NCBI RefSeq assembly: GCF_001194135.2
Contig: NC_069007.1
Location: 10,867,989-10,931,988 of the forward strand
Length of the DNA: 64,000 nt
Direction of reading: 5' to 3'
Source of the DNA: Octopus bimaculoides
Lineage: Eukaryota
In this document: positions 23,269-36,953 of the stretch, piece by piece
Position numbering within the stretch: the stretch's first letter is position 1
How the letters are laid out: each line of letters opens with the position of its first letter
The notes under the pieces: generated by a model
What the model was told of the DNA's origin: nothing
Seen by the model: only the letters and a program-made list of their open reading frames with translations
Database searches by the model: none
Position numbers and translations under genes: made by a program

Positions 23269-23855
23269 CCCTTTAGCACATTCACATTACTTTGCCAAAT
23301 GTAACACTTGTTTATTCACATTGTTTTGAATTAATAAGACATTGTCTGATAAGTGTGAGAGGTGAAATCTGGTTGGTTTGGACATAAACAGGGTGAATAT
23401 TTGGGCTGAATACGGCTGGCTTAACCCACTAACATTCAGATTATTCTGTCAAATGTAATTCTTATTTATTCACATTGTTTTGAATTAATCATGGATTATC
23501 CTGGGGCTTCAAGATTTCAATGATGTGATTGTTTATCTTTAGAATGACATTGTAAGGTAGGTGTGAGAAGCCAAATGTAGCTGGTTTGAACATAAAACAA
23601 GGAGGATATTTGGGGCTAATATGGCTGGCTTAAAACCCTTTAGCATTCAGATTATCCCATCAACTGTGATGCTTATTTATTCACTTTATTTTGTATTAAT
23701 CCTGCATTATCTCCTAGCTTTGAGACTTTGATGATGTCGTTATTTATTTTTAAAAAGACATTATATGATAGGTATGAGAGGCTGGGTCTGACCAATCTCA
23801 ACATAAGACAGACTAAGTATTTAGGCCGGAAATGGCCGGTTTAAATGCTAAAGGG
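23269..23855. repeat. Head-to-tail array of three piggyBac-like MITE units
   Basis: Units start at 23269, 23425 and 23636 (CCC...). Only the last keeps the right TIR aaatgctaaaggg. Homologous to 21970-22189. Confidence 0.8.
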
Positions 23856-23914
23856 TTCAATTGGTCAGCATACAACTAAATTTTTTTAAAATTCAAACCT
23901 CTGTAGATGGTAAT

Positions 23915-24610
23915 TAATACTCATTCTTTGACTCAGAGAATACCAATATGATATTCATAACCCAAATGCTTCTGTAACAGAAGAAAACATCACTTTTGGA
24001 CATGAAAGGCTGACCCCTGTGCAAAACATTCAAATAACTGGGCAGGACCATCTCAGATATTGCATGAATGGACCAGGAAATCACATACAGAATGAACAGA
24101 GCTAGTGCTTTATTTGGCAAGCTTAGGAAAACTGGCATATTTCTATACATATCAAATGTAAGGTATACCTGGCTATAGTGCTTTCTTCCCAGCTGCATGG
24201 AGCTGAAAGCTGCACAGTCTATAAAGCTCAAGAAGATGATGTTCCCTGCATACTTGTATATGAAGAGACAGCTATGATGAATTATGAATATTATTCTCTT
24301 TGACAAGAGCAGAAGTGAAGAGATCCTCTGGCATGCTAGACTGCCTCCTACAATGAAAATCCTCACTGATAGAAATTTACTGTGGTTGGGTCATGTACAC
24401 AGGATGAACAACAACAGACAACTCTTTTATTCCCATCTATGCAAGGGGAAAAGAAACCATGGGAAACTTTGACTGAAATTCAAAGATACCGCAAAATGGA
24501 ACATGAATTGGAAAGGAATTGATGATAATAAATGGCAAACTCAAACAAAAAAACGACCAGTATGGAGAAAGCTTATCAAGTTATGTCAAAGCCATGAACA
24601 GTCATAGCCG
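23915..24610 (+). mobile_element. RTE (BovB-like) LINE RT C-terminal remnant
   Basis: ...LLWLGHVHRMNNNRQLFYSHLCKGKRNHGKL*LKFKDTAK (WLGHV.RM...G.R..G motif). Confidence 0.75.
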
Positions 24611-25259
24611 TGATGACTGATTGTTGATAGTGTTATATATTATTAAGGACCACAAATTTTACTGTACATCTCCCGACCTGTTTTCTGACACTTTTTCTCT
24701 ATTCTGCTTCATCTCAGTGGAATCTGGTGTCAGTGACCAGATCATAGATCTATAACAACATTTGATGATGTTTAATAATATATATTATGATAACAAACTG
24801 GTGTAATGTGTTTTAAATGTCTGTTATCATGATGGCTGATGTAATTGTTTTCGTTTCAACATACAATCTCAGATCAATTAATTCACCTACCAAACAAGTA
24901 GATGTCCAATACACACACACACACACACAAATGCATATATATATGTATATATATATANNNNNNNNNNNNNNNNNNNNNNNNNNNNNNNNNNNNNNNNNNN
25001 NNNNNNNNNNNNNNNNNNNNNNNNNNNNNNNNNNNNNNNNNNNNNNNNNNNNNNNNNNNNNNNNNNNNNNNNNNNNNNNNNNNNNNNNNNNNNNNNNNNN
25101 NNNNNNNNNNNNNNNNNNNNNNNNNNNNNNNNNNNNNNNNNNNNNNNNNNNNNNNNNNNNNNNNNNNNNNNNNNNNNNNGTTCTTTTACTTGTTTCAGTG
25201 CTTTGACTGTGACCATGCTGGAGCACCACCTTACCAAAATTACATAAAGATGTCTTGAA

Positions 25260-26021
25260 ATACTAAAGAGCAAACTTATTCAATAAAATCACCATTGGTT
25301 TCAACCACAGCCTCCAGACGACTTCGGAATATCTTGCAAATCTTCTGGATGGTCTCCATGTTTAAGTTGGTGAATGCTGCCATAGTCTTTGCCTTCAGTT
25401 CATCTTTGGTGTTACAAGGAGTTTTGTTGGTCTCTCGCTCAACTGTGTCCCATACATAATAATCAAAGGGGTTGCAGTGTTGGGAGTTAAGTGGCCAAAT
25501 GTTAGGGGTGATGTGGTTGCAGAAATTGTCTTACAGCTATGACTGGGTTCTCCTGCTTGTGTGACATGGTGCAGAGTCCTGTTGCCAGACATAGGGTCTT
25601 CCAGCAGCCACCCTCTTGACCCAGGGCAGCACTACCTCCTCCAGGCACTTGATGTAGGCCTATGTGTTGAGTCTGAGGCCGTGTGAGAAGATGAATGGAG
25701 GCATAACATCGCCATCACTAGTGATCATTCCAAACACCATGATGTTGATTGGATGTCTGATTTTTATCACTCTTGGTACATGTCATCAGATTGATACCCA
25801 AACACTCTGAAACATTTGTATAGGAGCTTCTGGCATGAATGCCAAGCAGTACAGCATATCATTTCCAAATTTCTGGCAGAGTGAATTGCATCCTGGTGCT
25901 GTTTTTTTCACAGATGGTGCCCAACTGACCCTACCATACTGTGTAGTCAACAAAATCAAAAACAATGTGCATGCGCAAAATTAAAAATATACAGTGGTGA
26001 CAATTTACCCCTCTCACCCTG
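25260..26021 (-). mobile_element. Tc1/mariner DD37D (maT-like) transposon, internally deleted
   Basis: IMVFGMITSDGDVMPPFIF...VWQQDSAPCHT...IWPLNSQHCNPFDYYVW with 37 residues between the last two Asp; terminus CAGGGTG at 26021. Confidence 0.85.
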
Positions 26022-26082
26022 AAACCTATTGGTAAGATTAGCCATACTGGATATATAAGACTGCACACACCAATTGATAGAC

Positions 26083-26117
<35 letters not shown>

Positions 26118-26261
26118 TGTATGTATATTTGTATGTATGTATATTTATACTGAATTTTTGTTTATACCCTTTTTAGTGTCTTTTTTGTCTTATCTCTAAT
26201 TTCTATGTTTCTTACAGTTGTTCTATTTTTCTTGTCCTCACTATAAGTATATATATCATCA

Positions 26262-26480
26262 TCATCATCATCATCATCGTTTAACGTCCGCTTTCCATGC
26301 TAGCATGGGTTGGACGATTTGTCTGAGGACTGGTGAAACCCGATGGCTACACCAGGCTCCGATCTGATTTGGCAGAGTTTCTACAGCTGGATACCCTTCC
26401 TAATGCCAACCACTCCGAGAGTGTAGTGGGTGCTTTTATGTGTCACCGGCACGAAGGCCAGTCAGGCGATACTGGCAGTG
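26262..26480 (-). mobile_element. RTE 3'-end copy
   Basis: (cat)n cgtttaacgtccgctttccatgctagcatggg..., nearly identical to 52260-52440. Confidence 0.9.
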
Positions 26481-26684
26481 GGTGTTACATTCCAAAAACC
26501 CCTGTGACAGGAGAAAATCTGCGAAGTAGAAACAGGATTGTACTGTATATTTTGTTGTATTATTTTTATAAGTTGTATATATTTATTTTATTATAAATTC
26601 AAAACAACAGCACAGAAGAATCGACGTAAGCTTAAATAATAAACTGCGATAGGTGAATCGTGATATAGCGAGGGATTATTGTAT

Positions 26685-26715
<31 letters not shown>

Positions 26716-26717
26716 CA

Positions 26718-27105
26718 CAGTAATCTCTGGACTATTGCGGGTGTTACATCCCCCAAACCCTACTAAGTTAGGTGAAAATCTGTGAAGTAGAAACAGGACT
26801 GTACTATATAATTAAAAAAAAAATTTTTTTAAAGCAACAAAAATATTCTGACACAAATTAAATTTAAATGTTGAAGTGAATGTAACGGTTATTTGTGTGT
26901 TCTTAAATGGCTTATAAGCATCTTTCACACTGCAATTGTTTTTGTTTCAGCACACAAACTCAGATCAAGTCACTTGCTATGCAAGTACCTCTTCATAATT
27001 GTATATATTTATTTTATTATAAATGCAAAACAACACCACAGGGGAATCGATATAAGCTTAAATAATAAACCACAATAGGTGAACTGCGATATGGCGAGGG
27101 ATTAC

Positions 27106-27107
<2 letters not shown>
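26718..27107. mobile_element. About 390-bp Tigger/pogo-like MITE, with a partial copy at 26480-26682
   Basis: TIR pair CAGTAATCTCTGGACTATTGCGG / GCGATATGGCGAGGGATTACTG; internal segments recur in the upstream partial copy. Confidence 0.7.
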
Positions 27108-27136
<29 letters not shown>

Positions 27137-27823
27137 NNNNNNNNNNNNNNNNNNNNNNNNNNNNNNNNNNNNNNNNNNNNNNNNNNNNNNNNNNNNNNNN
27201 NNNNNNNNNNNNNNNNNNNNNNNNNNNNNNNNNNNNNNNNNNNNNNNNNNNNNNNNNNNNNNNNNNNNNNNNNNNNNNNNNNNNNNNNNNNNNNNNNNNN
27301 NNNNNNNNNNNNNNNNNNNNNNNNNNNNNNNNNNNNNNNNNNNNNNNNNNNNNNNNNNNNNNNNNNNNNNNNNNNNNNNNNNNNNNNNNNNNNNNNNNNN
27401 NNNNNNNNNNNNNNNNNNNNNNNNNNNNNNNNNNNNNNNNNNNNNNNNNNNNNNNNNNNNNNNNNNNNNNNNNNNNNNNNNNNNNNNNNNNNNNNNNNNN
27501 NNNNNNNNNNNNNNNNNNNNNNNNNNNNNNNNNNNNNNNNNNNNNNNNCACACACACACACACACTCATACTCCAAGTTTCATTTCCTTCTGAACTCGCA
27601 CACTTAGTTAATTTCTGTAAAAAATTTATATTTGTTTTCTTTTTGCATGCCAGGTCAGCTCTATATATTTGTAGTCAGTCACACATGCACACGTGCGTTT
27701 TAGTATGTACATTTGTATACATTTATGTATGTGGGTGTGTCTGTGTGAGTGTGAGTGTGAGTGATGTGCTGTCATGCATATGTACTGTGCATACATCATT
27801 TTCTATGTATGTGTGCATGTGTA

Positions 27824-27878
<55 letters not shown>

Positions 27879-28161
27879 TGTCTAAGTGGCACTCTCTCTC
27901 TTTCTCTTTCTCTCTCTCTCACACACATGCACACATACATACAAGAAAGATGTATGCCTATTTGTTTATGTATGTACGTATACATGACAACACACCCCTT
28001 CACTTGCTCTCTCTCTTTCTCTCTCTCACACACACACACACGTCCATTTCATCTGATGTGTTTGATACTGTATGTATATGTATCTGTGTGTGAGTGGGTG
28101 TGTAGGTGTGCGTGTGTGCATATTATGCTTTTTCTTGCAATATATAAGGAAAAATTTCATT

Positions 28162-28188
28162 CCTGGGCAACACTGGGTGCCTCTGCTA

Positions 28189-28189
<1 letters not shown>
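28162..28189 (+). mobile_element. Helitron 3' terminus (decayed)
   Basis: CCTGGGCAACACTGGG..TCTGCTAG|T is a CpG-decayed version of the 16593-16620 end. Confidence 0.65.
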
Positions 28190-28230
<41 letters not shown>

Positions 28231-28284
28231 ATATATAGATGTTTTCGATCTAGTTTGGATTCTTTGATGAGTACTCTTTAATAA

Positions 28285-28650
28285 GTTTCTACTGAGCGTG
28301 ACTGATGCTAGTGCCACCAGACTGGCACCATGCTGGTGGCACATAAAAAGTACCATTTGAGTGCAGTCAATGCCAGTGCTGCCTGGCTGGCACCCAAGCC
28401 AGTGGCACATGAAAAGCTCCATTCAAGCGTGGCTGATGCCAGTGCTGGCTGACTGGCACCTGTGGTAGTGGCACATAGAATGCATCATTCAAGCATGGCC
28501 GATGCCATGTAAAAAGCACCCACTACACTTTCGGAGCGATTGGTGTTAGGAAGGGCATCCAGCTGTAGAAACTTTGCCAGATCAGACTGGAGCCTGGTGT
28601 AGCCTCCCGGCCAGCCAGTTCTCAAGCAAACCATTTGGTGGCACTAGCAT
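28285..28650 (+). mobile_element. RTE 3' UTR remnant with tandem internal modules
   Basis: Repeated gccagtgc..ctggc..tggcacat.aaaagcacc units, then ggaagggcatccagctgtagaaac. Confidence 0.75.
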
Positions 28651-29019
28651 CGGTCACGCTCAGTAGAAATTTATTAAAGAGTACTCATCAATTATTAAAA
28701 TTTCATCTTAAACACCACAAAAGTAACATCTTAAATGGAATTTGAAAAAATTATATTCTATTGTAATTACTTGCAATTTCTTAACCTTAACATAATCTAT
28801 CTATTTAGGTTGTTCAGAAAATAATGGCCGATTTCAAAGATGAGCAAAAAATGTCTCTATAACTCAGCGGTTCAGCAAAAGGAGATCGACAGAACAAGTA
28901 CCAGGCTTAAGAAAACACTTGATACTATCTTATTCTGTTTATTTTTTCACTTGTGTCTACAGAATGTATTTTACATAAAGATTTTTTATTCAAATGATTA
29001 TTTTTCATTTTTTATTTAT

Positions 29020-29248
29020 TTCAGTTATTTGACTGCGGCCATGCTGGGGCACCACCTTGAAGAATTTTTAGTCGAAGGAATCAATACCAGTACTTAGCTT
29101 TTTGTTAAGCCTGGTACTTGTTCTATCAGCCTCTTTTTGCTGAACTGCTGAGTTATAGGGACTTAAAATCACCGACACTCTTTGTCAAATGGTGGTAGGA
29201 GAGAACCACAGACACATACACGCTCAAACACACACACACGTGCACACA

Positions 29249-29280
<32 letters not shown>

Positions 29281-29660
29281 TATGATGGGATTCTTTCAGT
29301 TTCCATCTACCAAATCCACTTGCAAGGCTTTGGTCGGCCTGAGGCTATAGTAGAAGACACTTGCCCAAGGTGCCATGCAGTAGGACTGAACCCAGAACCA
29401 TGAGGTTGAGAAGTAAGCTTCTTACCACACAGCAATGCTTGTGCTTGTTTATATATTCTTTCATTTGTTTCAGTCATTTGACTGTGGCCATACTGGAGCA
29501 CCACCAACAAATCGACCCGAGGACTTATTCTTTGCAAGTCTAGTTCATGTTCTATCAGTCACTTTTTACCAAACCGTTAAGTTACAGGGACATAAACACA
29601 CCAACATCGGTTGTCAAGCGAAGGTAGAGAAACAAACACAGACACACAAGCATATGCATA
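29020..29660 (-). mobile_element. Two adjacent SINE family A copies
   Basis: Tail-microsatellite-head at 29020-29450; second tail at 29455-29660 running into a gap. Confidence 0.8.
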
Positions 29661-32600
29661 TACNNNNNNNNNNNNNNNNNNNNNNNNNNNNNNNNNNNNN
29701 NNNNNNNNNNNNNNNNNNNNNNNNNNNNNNNNNNNNNNNNNNNNNNNNNNNNNNNNNNNNNNNNNNNNNNNNNNNNNNNNNNNNNNNNNNNNNNNNNNNN
29801 NNNNNNNNNNNNNNNNNNNNNNNNNNNNNNNNNNNNNNNNNNNNNNNNNNNNNNNNNNNNNNNNNNNNNNNNNNNNNNNNNNNNNNNNNNNNNNNNNNNN
29901 NNNNNNNNNNNNNNNNNNNNNNNNNNNNNNNNNNNNNNNNNNNNNNNNNNNNNNNNNNNNNNNNNNNNNNNNNNNNNNNNNNNNNNNNNNNNNNNNNNNN
30001 NNNNNNNNNNNNNNNNNNNNNNNNNNNNNNNNNNNNNNNNNNNNNNNNNNNNNNNNNNNNNNNNNNNNNNNNNNNNNNNNNNNNNNNNNNNNNNNNNNNN
30101 NNNNNNNNNNNNNNNNNNNNNNNNNNNNNNNNNNNNNNNNNNNNNNNNNNNNNNNNNNNNNNNNNNNNNNNNNNNNNNNNNNNNNNNNNNNNNNNNNNNN
30201 NNNNNNNNNNNNNNNNNNNNNNNNNNNNNNNNNNNNNNNNNNNNNNNNNNNNNNNNNNNNNNTATATATAGATATAGATATATAGATATATATATATACA
30301 AATATATTATATGTGTGTACATACACACACATGTCTGTGTGCATGTATGTACCCATCTTCTGTCTATCTATGTATATATATATTATACATGTTCACATAC
30401 ATATATAAATATGTATAAAATTATTTTGTACACAAGTTAGCTATTGTCAGTATGTAACCCCTTTCATCACAGAAATTAGTATCTTGGGAGAGGACAGCAT
30501 GCTTAAAGATCAGAGTGTTGAAGTTTATTGACACAAATGTTTTATTTCTCACATCCTATACACATACAATTGATCTGTACTGGTTATTCTGAGCAAGAAC
30601 TTTCATTTGATGTAATTATTAAACAAAGAATTAACAAAATATAACAAGCTATACAATAAATACAATGTGTAACTAGCAAAAAAATTCCCCAAACAATAAA
30701 ACACATTCATGTGGTGTCCACATTAAGTTTCATGCAAGACCAATTAATGTTGTTAATTCCTTATAGTCTTTTACTGATTTCAGTTACTTACAGTGGCCAT
30801 GCTGCAGCACAGTTCTCAATAGGACTTTTCTCAATTATATTGAATGCAGTACTGAAACCATTCTGGTATTCATTTTATCGATCTACGTTTAGCTAATGGC
30901 TAAGTTACTTTTTAAAATAATAGGATGTCGCTCATACTCACAATTGTACATACCCTCATTTATATGTGTGTGTATGTGTATGCACACATACACACACACA
31001 CATATGTTCACACATACCCATACATACACTCATACACACATTCACTCACACATACACACTCCTACATACACAAACATACGCATACACACACATAAACACA
31101 CACATACACACACATAAATGCACATACTCACACACACACACAAATATATACATACATTATTATATATTATCTATTTAAAGGATGCAATACATGTCTTTAA
31201 GTGCTACTAATAGTTTCATATGCTGAGAAATACTCAAACATATTCTTCAGGCACAAACCACATATCATAACGACCCAAAATAATTGAATGAGAGAAGAAA
31301 CATGCAAAAAAAAACTGAGAAGGCAGCATATAGAAAATGCAGACAGTAAAATAACGGAAAATGGAAACACAAAAGCTATCATGGAATAGTACATTATTNN
31401 NNNNNNNNNNNNNNNNNNNNNNNNNNNNNNNNNNNNNNNNNNNNNNNNNNNNNNNNNNNNNNNNNNNNNNNNNNNNNNNNNNNNNNNNNNNNNNNNNNNN
31501 NNNNNNNNNNNNNNNNNNNNNNNNNNNNNNNNNNNNNNNNNNNNNNNNNNNNNNNNNNNNNNNNNNNNNNNNNNNNNNNNNNNNNNNNNNNNNNNNNNNN
31601 NNNNNNNNNNNNNNNNNNNNNNNNNNNNNNNNNNNNNNNNNNNNNNNNNNNNNNNNNNNNNNNNNNNNNNNNNNNNNNNNNNNNNNNNNNNNNNNNNNNN
31701 NNNNNNNNNNNNNNNNNNNNNNNNNNNNNNNNNNNNNNNNNNNNNNNNNNNNNNNNNNNNNNNNNNNNNNNNNNNNNNNNNNNNNNNNNNNNNNNNNNNN
31801 NNNNNNNNNNNNNNNNNNNNNNNNNNNNNNNNNNNNNNNNNNNNNNNNNNNNNNNNNNNNNNNNNNNNNNNNNNNNNNNNNNNNNNNNNNNNNNNNNNNN
31901 NNNNNNNNNNNNNNNNNNNNNNNNNNNNNNNNNNNNNNNNNNNNNNNNNNNNNNNNNNNNNNNNNNNNNNNNNNNNNNNNGACTGAGGACTGGCGAATCA
32001 GATGGCTGCACCAGGCTCCAATCTGATCTGGCAGAGTTTCTACAGCTGGATGCCCTTCCTAACGCCAACCACTCCGAGAGTGTAATGGGTGTTTTACATG
32101 CTGCTGGCACGAGGGCCAGTCAGGTGGTACAGAGAAGGACTAAATTTCAAAACACCAAAATACTCCATTCTTACCACAAGCATTCCTCTTTATTACTTTG
32201 TACTTACCTCAAGTACTCATCTCTGTTAATTTCAATGATGAGGTACAGCTGTCTGATCTACTAGATTAGCTGCTCATTAGATTAATGTGTATGTGGTTGA
32301 GTATTCCACAGACTTGCGTGCTGTTAATGTAATCTTCAGGAAGAATCAGCTTCAAACAGCGTACAACAAGGCTACACCTTTGAAATTATTTACTCTCATT
32401 GACTCTAACTGTTATTTCTCTCTTTCTTTGTTTTTCTCTCATGTTTTGTTTCATTTAACCTCTATTCTGATGAAAGCCACATCTCTATTCCATAATTCAC
32501 ATTAGCATTAATTTTGTCTTTATTTTTGTGTGCTCAATCAAAAGACAAAAGACTTAAATGCACTAAAACTGTGCTCATTCTGGACTCCATGGCTGACAAG

Positions 32601-32671
32601 AGGCATTCCATATCTAAATGGTTTTTCTGTTGATTATTTTCCATGTTGTCTCATATGTATATACATACATA

Positions 32672-32711
<40 letters not shown>

Positions 32712-33399
32712 NNNNNNNNNNNNNNNNNNNNNNNNNNNNNNNNNNNNNNNNNNNNNNNNNNNNNNNNNNNNNNNNNNNNNNNNNNNNNNNNNNNNNNNNN
32801 NNNNNNNNNNNNNNNNNNNNNNNNNNNNNNNNNNNNNNNNNNNNNNNNNNNNNNNNNNNNNNNNNNNNNNNNNNNNNNNNNNNNNNNNNNNNNNNNNNNN
32901 NAGTCAGCCAGCTAGCAATAGCATGGTAGGTTATTCCATTAATGTCCACAGCAAAGTTTCCTTTACTCTTTTATTCCTCAAAATGATATCTAATTTTGCT
33001 TTGATTTGAAAAAATTTAGCATTTAGTTAATTCATTCTGTTTTCTAAGAGAACACTTAGAAATCTCTTCTTATCTTCCCAGTTTAAAGATGAAATTGTGA
33101 AGTCCATCCTCAAAACTCTCAACTGCCTGGGGCAATACATCTGATGGCTGGCTTTTCGTTTAAATCCTTTAAAACACTTCTTGTTGTTCACCATCTTAAG
33201 AACAACATAAGAGACCTCTATGTGGGCAGTCAATCTGCTAGAAATAGCAGTGATGTCCCCTCCAAACCTCCACTGTGTTAAACAAGGTACAACATATTGG
33301 GTGATGTAGTCTTAGGTACCATTAAAAAGATGGGATGGTTATGGTTGGAGTGTCTCATACATTTACTCGACTGAGTTTGATGTGGGCCTAGCAACAACA

Positions 33400-33418
33400 G
33401 CAACATCACCATCATCAC

Positions 33419-33456
<38 letters not shown>

Positions 33457-33965
33457 CCATCATCTTCATCATCTTCATCTTCAGCTTCCTCATCTTTATC
33501 ATGATCATCATGATCACCTTCATCATTTTCAATATCATCATCGTCGTCATCGTCATGATCATCATTGTCATCATCATTACCATCAGGATCATCATCATCA
33601 TTGTCATCATCATGATCACCATCGTTGTCATCATCATCATCATCGTCTTCATCATCGTCATTTTCAAGATCATCACCATCACCATTATAATCATCATCAT
33701 CATCATCATCATCATCGTCGTCGTCATCGTCGTCATTATCCTCATCATTATCATTACTATTATCATCGTCATCAGCATCATTGCAATAATGGCATTGTCA
33801 ACAAGAGCAGCAATAAAAAACATCATCATCATCACCACCACCACCACCACTGTCACTGGCGCCACTGCTTCTACCATTCTTGCCGCAACTACAGCTGCTG
33901 CCACTGCTATTGCAAAATGATGACAATAATAATGAAAACTGTCATCATCATCATCATCATCATAG
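33400..33965. repeat. Degenerate (CAT)n trinucleotide tract
   Basis: Direct reading; it generates the spurious poly-M and poly-I ORFs. Confidence 0.95.
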
Positions 33966-33984
33966 TCAACAACAGCAATTCGGC

Positions 33985-35020
33985 ACAGGAGTGGCTGTGT
34001 GCTAAGTAGCTTGCTTACCAATCACATGGTTCCGGGTTCAGTCCCACTGCGTGGCACCTTGGGCAAGTGTCTTCTACTATAGCATCGGGCCGACCGAAGG
34101 CTTGTGAGTGGATTTGGTAGACGGAAACTGAAAGAAGCCCGTTGTATATATGTANNNNNNNNNNNNNNNNNNNNNNNNNNNNNNNNNNNNNNNNNNNNNN
34201 NNNNNNNNNNNNNNNNNNNNNNNNNNNNNNNNNNNNNNNNNNNNNNNNNNNNNNNNNNNNNNNNNNNNNNNNNNNNNNNNNNNNNNNNNNNNNNNNNNNN
34301 NNNNNNNNNNNNNNNNNNNNNNNNNNNNNNNNNNNNNNNNNNNNNNNNNNNNNNNNNNNNNNNNNNNNNNNNNNNNNNNNNNNNNNNNNNNNNNNNNNNN
34401 NNNNNNNNNNNNNNNNNNNNNNNNNNNNNNNNNNNNNNNNNNNNNNNNNNNNNNNNNNNNNNNNNNNNNNNNNNNNNNNNNNNNNNNNNNNNNNNNNNNN
34501 NNNNNNNNNNNNNNNNNNNNNNNNNNNNNNNNNNNNNNNNNNNNNNNNNNNNNNNNNNNNNNNNNNNNNNNNNNNNNNNNNNNNNNNNNNNNNNNNNNNN
34601 NNNNNNNNNNNNNNNNNNNNNNNNNNNNNNNNNNNNNNNNNNNNNNNNNNNNNNNNNNNNNNNNNNNNNNNNNNNNNNNNNNNNNNNNNNNNNNNNNNNN
34701 NNNNNNNNNNNNNNNNNNNNNNNNNNNNNNNNNNNNNNNNNNNNNNNNNNNNNNNNNNNNNNNNNNNNNNNNNNNNNNNNNNNNNNNNNNNNNNNNNNNN
34801 NNNNNNNNNNNNNNNNNNNNNNNNNNNNNNNNNNNNNNNNNNNNTTGACAACCGATGCTGGTGTGTTTACGTCCCCGTAACTTAGCGGTTCGGCAAAAAG
34901 AGACCAATAGAACAAGTACTAGACTTACAAAGAATAAGTCCTGGGGTCGATTTGCTCGACTAAAGGTGGTGCTCCAGCATGGCCACAGTCAAAAGACTGA
35001 AACAAGTAAAAGAGTAAAGA
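33985..35020 (+). mobile_element. SINE family A whose internal microsatellite is an assembly gap
   Basis: Head 33985-34154, N run, tail 34845-35020. Confidence 0.9.
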
Positions 35021-35794
35021 GAGTATTCCACTTTTTCCAAATGCTGCCCCTCTCCTCTCGTGACCCTCCGCATTCAACTCCTTTACCATCATTTTGCCTG
35101 TTACTTGATTGTAGAATTGTGGACCTGCTCCATCCAAAAGGGTCATTCAGATGCCCCCACACACAGGTTGCATTTATCTCCCATTCTTTCCTTCCTTCCC
35201 CATCTGCTGCTGTTATCTTCCTTTCTTTTCCTCAATGACAGTGTTACAATGTGTGCCACCCGAGGGTGGCAGCTCTTCGGCTTGCCTCCACCCCCTGCGG
35301 CCCTCCCCCTCCTCAAGCCTGTACAGACTTACACAGGAAACCCTAAAGTGCTAACTATATTAACCCCATCCACTGGATGTGTTACTGCCTTTTCTTCCTC
35401 CCGCCATCTTCGTCATCACCCCTATCGCTTATCCTCTGTGCCGCACCTCTCCTCCCTCTTCCTCCTTCTCCCTCATCCCCTCCCATGTTGACACATACAT
35501 CAATGCAGACACACTAACAACTACACACATACACACACACACCCTAGCACATACACATACTGACACACACATACACTGACACACAGTGGCACACACACGC
35601 ACACACATACACACACTCACACATACACATACTGACACACACATATATACTGATATACACATACACTGTCACACACACACACACACACACACAGACACGC
35701 ACATGCATACCCACACACACATACACACACACTAGTGCATACAAATACTGACATACATATACAGTGATACACACATACACTGCCACCCATAGTG

Positions 35795-35828
<34 letters not shown>

Positions 35829-36429
35829 ACACACACACACACACTGACACACACACACACTCACATGCAAATGCACAGACACATACACACATCCTGACAT
35901 ATATATATACAGTGATACTCACACTGCCACACATAGTGGCACACACACACACACATACACTGACACACACATGCACACATACAGACACACACACATATAC
36001 TGACACACACACGCACGTGTACACACACACAGCAACAACGTTACAACACACCAGTGAGTGCACACATACACACTGCTGTGTTGGTGTTACTTAACACGTG
36101 ATATGTTAATTAAAATACACCTCGTTTAATGAACACTTCGTTTAACAAACACTTTAGTATTGAATCTAATCAACTTTCAATCAAGCTGTAGATTGTATAT
36201 GCTGTGTGTGCGTGTGTGTGTGTGTAAACGTGTGTGTGTGTGTGCGTGTGTGTGTGTGTATAATGGATGTGTGTGAATATTGATATCACAATTATTATTA
36301 GTGTGTATGTCTCTGTATGCGTATATTGTTTTACACACACACACACACACACACATGCACACACACACACAGACACACACATATATATATATATATATAC
36401 AAACGCACAGACACACACTCACACACACA

Positions 36430-36490
<61 letters not shown>

Positions 36491-36907
36491 GTATGTATAT
36501 ACATGTAAATGTTTTTTGTATATATTACATGTTTATACATCTCTGGATCTGTGTATTGTATGTGTTTATATCTATGTGTATATAGTTATATCACTCTGTG
36601 TATGTGTATACCTATGTATGTGTATACCTATGTATGTGTATACCTATGTATGTGTAAGTGTGTGGTTATAATGGATTATTTCATTATGTGTGTATGCCTG
36701 CATAAAAGATGTGCTTGTTTATAAGTGTGTGAATATGTATGTTGCTTTGTGTATGTATGCTGCTGTCTCTGTGAATGTGTATGTGTACGTTTGTGTATTT
36801 GTATGTGCTTGCATTTAATATATAAGTGTATCTATCTATATGTAATTGTGTGTGTGGTGTGTGTGTGTGTGTGTGTGTGTACGTGTGTGTGTGGTTGTGT
36901 GTATATG

Positions 36908-36953
<46 letters not shown>

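Noticed and set aside
32196-32370. Perfect minus-strand donor GAG|GTAAGT
   Set aside because: The upstream sequence is a decayed OR-type SINE 3' part with stops; no supportable exon.
35225-35285. Possible LTR end (TGTTACA) with PBS-like TGGCAGC and a TGCCACC/GGTGGCA hairpin
   Set aside because: No second LTR or internal coding sequence found.
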